Virus record (IMG/VR): IMGVR_UViG_3300017913_000450
Coordinates: 1 to 58,511 of that record
Reading direction: 5' to 3' (one strand)
Source: a virus
Taxonomy: Duplodnaviria; Caudoviricetes
DNA length: 58,511 nucleotides
This document shows, in pieces, positions 54,286-58,511 of the stretch. Below the pieces are notes generated by a model, which saw only the letters and a program-made list of their open reading frames with translations, was not told the DNA's origin and made no database searches. A program made the position numbers and the translations under genes. Numbering within the stretch: position 1 is the stretch's first letter; each line of letters starts with the position of its first letter.

Positions 54286-57200
54286 TGGGTATCACGCGTC
54301 CTACAGGTGAACAGCTTCGCTTCCGCTCACAATTTACAGGCGACCACGTCCTCGACACCTATCTTGAGGCGTCTGAGAAGGGCAGCCGCCAGCTATCAGA
54401 CTTGCTTGACGACCTTTTCGACAGCAGCGGGACATTCCGTGCGGACAATTTTGAGTTCCGTTTTGACGAAAGCACAGACAAAATCCAGTTTCGCGCAGGT
54501 AACTTCGCATCCAGTACCGCTGGCTGGACCGACATTACAACATTTTTCAACATCACTGGCACTTTCAATTCATCCACGACGTACAACAACTTTGACCTAA
54601 TCACTCTTTCCACCAAGGACATATACATCGTTCATGGCCTTTCGTCTGGCACAACATTCGCTGACGAAGCGGCAGTCATTGCATCCTCAAACACTGACAA
54701 GCTGGTCGACGTATCCGAGGCACGCGATTGGGCCAAAAAGACTGACGGCATCGTAAGCAGCACCGACTATTCCTCCAAGGCGTGGGCAATCGGTGGCACT
54801 GGCGTAACCAACTCAGCAACAGGAGGTGCAGCAAAAGAATGGGCTATCAAAACAAGTGGGACGGTCGACGGGACCAATTACTCTGCGAAGTATTGGGCAA
54901 CCAGCACAGACGTTGTAACTGTGTCCACCAACATCGCAGATGTGACTACTGTCGCGGGCAGCATCTCCAACGTAAACACGGTCGCGACAGACATAACGAA
55001 CGTCAATACGACCGCCTCTAGTATTGCAAACGTCAACACGGTTGCCGCCGAACTCGGTGCAGGCCAAGACGTAACAGTCGTTGCAGCCAGCATAACCAAT
55101 GTCGGCACAGTTGCGTCTGACATATCCAACGTCAACACAGCCGCTGGTTCTATCGCAAACGTCAACACCGTTGCAGGCAGCATTACCAACGTCAACACGG
55201 TGAGCGGCAGCATTGCGAATGTGAATACGACTGCGACAAACATCGCAGACGTGAACACAGTCGCGACAGAAATCAACAACAACAACCTGCAAACTGTCGC
55301 CGCAGACATTCAAGCGGTCATCGACGTCGCAGACGATCTCAACGAAGCGACGTCTGAGATCGACGTCGTCGCAAACAACATCGCAAGCGTAAACACAGTT
55401 GGCACCAACATCGCCGACGTAAACACTGTTGCAGGCATTTCATCAGACGTAACGACCGCAGCAACAAACGTCACTGCGTTCAACAACACCTATCTCGGCG
55501 CACAATCCAGCGCTCCAACGCTCGACCCAGACGGCTCTGCTCTCGACGTCGGCGATCTATACTTCGACACCACATCCAACACCATGAAGGTGTACTCGTC
55601 TTCTGGTTGGACAAACGCTGGTTCCTCAGTCAACGGCACAGCGGAACGCTTCACTTACACAGCGACCGCAGCCCAAACCACGTTCACTGGCGCAGACGAC
55701 AACACAAACACTCTGGCCTACGACGCTGGCTTCCTCGACGTCTACATGAACGGCGTCAAACTGGTGAATGGCTCAGACTTCACGGCAACCAGTGGCTCCT
55801 CCATCGTCCTCGCTTCTGGTGCAGCGGCCAACGACACACTAGAAATCATTGCCTACGGCACATTCACGCTGTCAAACCAGTCGATTAACGACATGACAGA
55901 CGTCTCCACCTCTGGCGTGGCGAACAACAGTATCCTTGCTTACAACAGCACCAACTCGCAGTTCGAGCCAACAGACGCCCCAACTTTTGCGAGCATTACT
56001 GTGACTGGCAATGTGGATGGCCGCGACGTCTCAGCAGACGGCACAAAGCTCGACACAATCGAAACAAACGCAGACGTCACAGACGCAACTAACGTCACCG
56101 CCGCAGGCGCACTTATGGACAGTGAGCTTACAAACATTGCAGCGGTTAAAGCTCTCAACCAAGGTCTGGCAACTACAGACGAGCCATCATTCGGCAACAC
56201 AACCCTTAACGCCCTAGCAGCCACCATATCCGACACAGCCGTAGACATCTTTGTGTACGACACCCGTAAGGACAGCGATGGCGGTGCATGGCGTAAGCGC
56301 ACACAGCATACCTCATGGTATAACGAAACCTTGAACACTGCCACCCGTGGTAGCCGTAAGGAGTTCCCTGCGGTTGCTGTGATTGTGGCTGAGAGTAATC
56401 AGGTTACGATCTACGATGGCGATGACCCTGATCTGCCTATGTGGATGGTGTTTAATTATAACTCAGGTGCTATTTACTATACTCACGCTGTTTCTTGTGT
56501 ATCTATGCTTAATGGCATTTTAACTATAGGTATTTCATCCACTTACGGACTTAGCATTAGTAACTTTGTGACTGAAAATATCCAGAATATTAGAAATACT
56601 TTTGGTGTATATACATACAACGGCAGTATCGTTGATAGAAACTCAAGCAGTGGACAAACACTAGACTCAGCTAATCCACTGGTGAACGGTAATACTAACG
56701 ATGTAGCCATGACCGTGCTACCCAACGCCCCGATTGATGCAGCTGCGGGCTTACCTGTGCCTACGATTGCAGTCGGAACTGATGCGGGTGCTTCTGTAAT
56801 AACAGATAGTGGAAGTGTGTACGATATTTCATCAACAGCGGATGGCGTTCAAATTGCTTTTGATGATGATAAAAAACTATGGGTTATGTGGAATGACGCA
56901 TCTGGTGATGCTATTTATGCTTACCCTACTTCAGCGTACACTTCTTCAGACTTCACTAACGCAGACGGTGTTTTCCGATTTAATGATGGTGGATGGTCAT
57001 CGGGAAAACAAGGCAACAGCTTTGACTTTGACCACTTAGCCGTTCTTAGCAATAACTACATTGCATTCGGGGGTAACTATTCCCCAGCAGATTATGAAGG
57101 GTTAAACATTCACAACGATGTTGCTTATCCTGGGGCGGGAACTGAGCTGGAACCAGAAGCCCTTCATGCAAACATTCAGTCTGATTTCAGCACAGGTTGG

Positions 57201-58475
57201 ATGAACGGCGACATCAAACTAGCCACCTTGTCCGACACGGATGATACTGACGTTACTGGCAGTGAGTTGGTGACGAATGGTACGTTTGATAGTGATCTTA
57301 CAGGTTGGTCTATTTCAACAGGTGTAGCCCACAACAATGGTACAGTTGAACTTACTAATACTGAACAATACGGTGCGCAAATCTCACAAACATTCACTGG
57401 GCTTGAAGTAGGTAAAAGGTACATCCTGACTTTCCATGTGATAGGTATTTCTGGAAACCTTGGTTGGTATTGTGATAACTTTTTAGGAAGCTACGTCCAA
57501 GGAATTACAACCGCTACAGGCACAACTTTTAGATATGAAGTTGAGGCAACCAGTACCAGTGGTACGGTAACATTTAAGAAATACCAAGCAGGTACTGTTG
57601 CCTTCGACAACATCTCAGTACGCCTAGCCGAAGAAGATCGCAGCGTGAACGGCAATGGCTTACAGGTGTTTGGCACTGTGACCAAGAACCCTGTGGCTAC
57701 TGGTGCTGATCTGGTAGCGTATCGAGTCAGTGAGTATGGCTATGGGCTTGTTCAACCTCATAACACAGATTTAGAGTTTGGCACTGGCGATTTCTGTTTT
57801 ATGTTCTGGGGCAAGCAGGACACCTCAACCACAGTAAACGGAAAGTTTGTCTCTCTCGGTGATACAAATGCGACAGGGACAACGTGGGTCGGATCAAACA
57901 TTAACATTGATGTTAATAACGTAGGCTTAGTAAAGGCGTACATTACAGATGACGCTTACGCATCTAATGACCAAATAGAATTAAACGCTGATGGTAACGA
58001 CAATACTTGGTATTGTTATGCGTTAGTTCGTAGGGGCGACACATTCTATGGATATAAAAACGGTGAGTTGAACGAAAGTGTTGCGGTATCAAATGCGTCT
58101 GGATCACTAAGCAATACGGATAGCCGACTTTGTGTTTTGATAGACCCTAGACGAGCAGCGGGTAATACTGGCTATGGGTCGCAAACACAAGTAGAGATAG
58201 CCCTTCTCCGCATCTCAAGCACAGCCCCATCTTCAGAGCAGATCAAGAAAATCTACGAGGACGAGAAGTTCCTATTCCAAGAGAATGCTCAAGCCACGCT
58301 ATACGGCGACAGTGATGCGGTAACAGCTTTGGCCTATGACGATAGCACAAACCTACTTCATGTGGGTACATCAGATGGACGTTCAGTGTTCCAAGGGCTA
58401 CGACGAGTAGACAATACAACAACCGCTGTCGGTGCAGCAATCAGTGCATCAAATGGCCTAGTGGCTGACGAGTAA
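54285..58475 (+). CDS. Large tail fibre protein (repeat shaft, CBM-like and LamG-like domains)
   Basis: YSAKYWA, 10-aa NVNTVA.SI repeats, GDLYFDT, YDTRKDSDGGAWRKR, ELVTNGTFD, FGTGDFC..FW. Confidence 0.88.
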   Translation: MGITRPTGEQLRFRSQFTGDHVLDTYLEASEKGSRQLSDLLDDLFDSSGTFRADNFEFRFDESTDKIQFRAGNFASSTAGWTDITTFFNITGTFNSSTTYNNFDLITLSTKDIYIVHGLSSGTTFADEAAVIASSNTDKLVDVSEARDWAKKTDGIVSSTDYSSKAWAIGGTGVTNSATGGAAKEWAIKTSGTVDGTNYSAKYWATSTDVVTVSTNIADVTTVAGSISNVNTVATDITNVNTTASSIANVNTVAAELGAGQDVTVVAASITNVGTVASDISNVNTAAGSIANVNTVAGSITNVNTVSGSIANVNTTATNIADVNTVATEINNNNLQTVAADIQAVIDVADDLNEATSEIDVVANNIASVNTVGTNIADVNTVAGISSDVTTAATNVTAFNNTYLGAQSSAPTLDPDGSALDVGDLYFDTTSNTMKVYSSSGWTNAGSSVNGTAERFTYTATAAQTTFTGADDNTNTLAYDAGFLDVYMNGVKLVNGSDFTATSGSSIVLASGAAANDTLEIIAYGTFTLSNQSINDMTDVSTSGVANNSILAYNSTNSQFEPTDAPTFASITVTGNVDGRDVSADGTKLDTIETNADVTDATNVTAAGALMDSELTNIAAVKALNQGLATTDEPSFGNTTLNALAATISDTAVDIFVYDTRKDSDGGAWRKRTQHTSWYNETLNTATRGSRKEFPAVAVIVAESNQVTIYDGDDPDLPMWMVFNYNSGAIYYTHAVSCVSMLNGILTIGISSTYGLSISNFVTENIQNIRNTFGVYTYNGSIVDRNSSSGQTLDSANPLVNGNTNDVAMTVLPNAPIDAAAGLPVPTIAVGTDAGASVITDSGSVYDISSTADGVQIAFDDDKKLWVMWNDASGDAIYAYPTSAYTSSDFTNADGVFRFNDGGWSSGKQGNSFDFDHLAVLSNNYIAFGGNYSPADYEGLNIHNDVAYPGAGTELEPEALHANIQSDFSTGWMNGDIKLATLSDTDDTDVTGSELVTNGTFDSDLTGWSISTGVAHNNGTVELTNTEQYGAQISQTFTGLEVGKRYILTFHVIGISGNLGWYCDNFLGSYVQGITTATGTTFRYEVEATSTSGTVTFKKYQAGTVAFDNISVRLAEEDRSVNGNGLQVFGTVTKNPVATGADLVAYRVSEYGYGLVQPHNTDLEFGTGDFCFMFWGKQDTSTTVNGKFVSLGDTNATGTTWVGSNINIDVNNVGLVKAYITDDAYASNDQIELNADGNDNTWYCYALVRRGDTFYGYKNGELNESVAVSNASGSLSNTDSRLCVLIDPRRAAGNTGYGSQTQVEIALLRISSTAPSSEQIKKIYEDEKFLFQENAQATLYGDSDAVTALAYDDSTNLLHVGTSDGRSVFQGLRRVDNTTTAVGAAISASNGLVADE
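54906..55472 (+). repeat. Degenerate 30-bp (10-aa) tail-fibre shaft repeats
   Basis: Repeated I.(N/D)V(N/T)TVA units. Confidence 0.85.
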
Positions 58476-58511
58476 GGAGATTACAGATGACGGTAAACGT
58501 ATCTAAGCCAG
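58347..58511. repeat. Terminal direct repeat / circular overlap (copy 2)
   Basis: Matches 1-165 with 7 mismatches. Confidence 0.95.

Noticed and set aside
54906-55472. 30-bp periodic repeats as a CRISPR or non-coding array
   Set aside because: Degenerate at the DNA level, in frame, and explained by tail-fibre shaft repeats.

Overview
The window looks like a complete, circularly permuted genome (~58.35 kb unique) of a temperate, short-tailed dsDNA phage; bases 1-165 recur at 58347-58511 with 7 mismatches. A marine alphaproteobacterial (Roseobacter-like) host is inferred from CobS/CobT-like genes, the tail-fibre families and strong GANTC/RGATCY avoidance. The + strand late arm runs TerS, TerL, portal, tail fibres, scaffold, major capsid, adaptor/nozzle, a DDxxD protein, four ejection-type proteins (including a ~3,200-aa polyvalent protein), holin and M15 endolysin. 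The recombination/replication block has a Cas4-like nuclease, SSB, Sak4-like ATPase, Cro-like HTH, primase-helicase and resolvase, but no recognisable DNA polymerase. It is followed by a + strand island of tiny basic peptides and a lysozyme-like protein, an attP/tRNA-Thr(GGT)/tyrosine integrase locus, and a - strand early arm (LuxR HTH, DenV-like glycosylase, CobT/CobS-like pair). Most notable: (1) an 11-copy phage-specific promoter, GGACGA-N19/20-YANNNT, in front of late units; (2) an attP with a short copy of the canonical tRNA-Thr anticodon arm followed by a complete tRNA with a different anticodon stem; (3) a prenyltransferase-like DDxxD gene coupled to the first ejection protein; (4) near-total avoidance of GANTC, CCGG and RGATCY; (5) a translationally coupled array of unannotated basic micropeptides; (6) a ~110-nt multibranch inverted-repeat element after the primase. 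All family assignments and motif counts are by eye and need database or computational confirmation.
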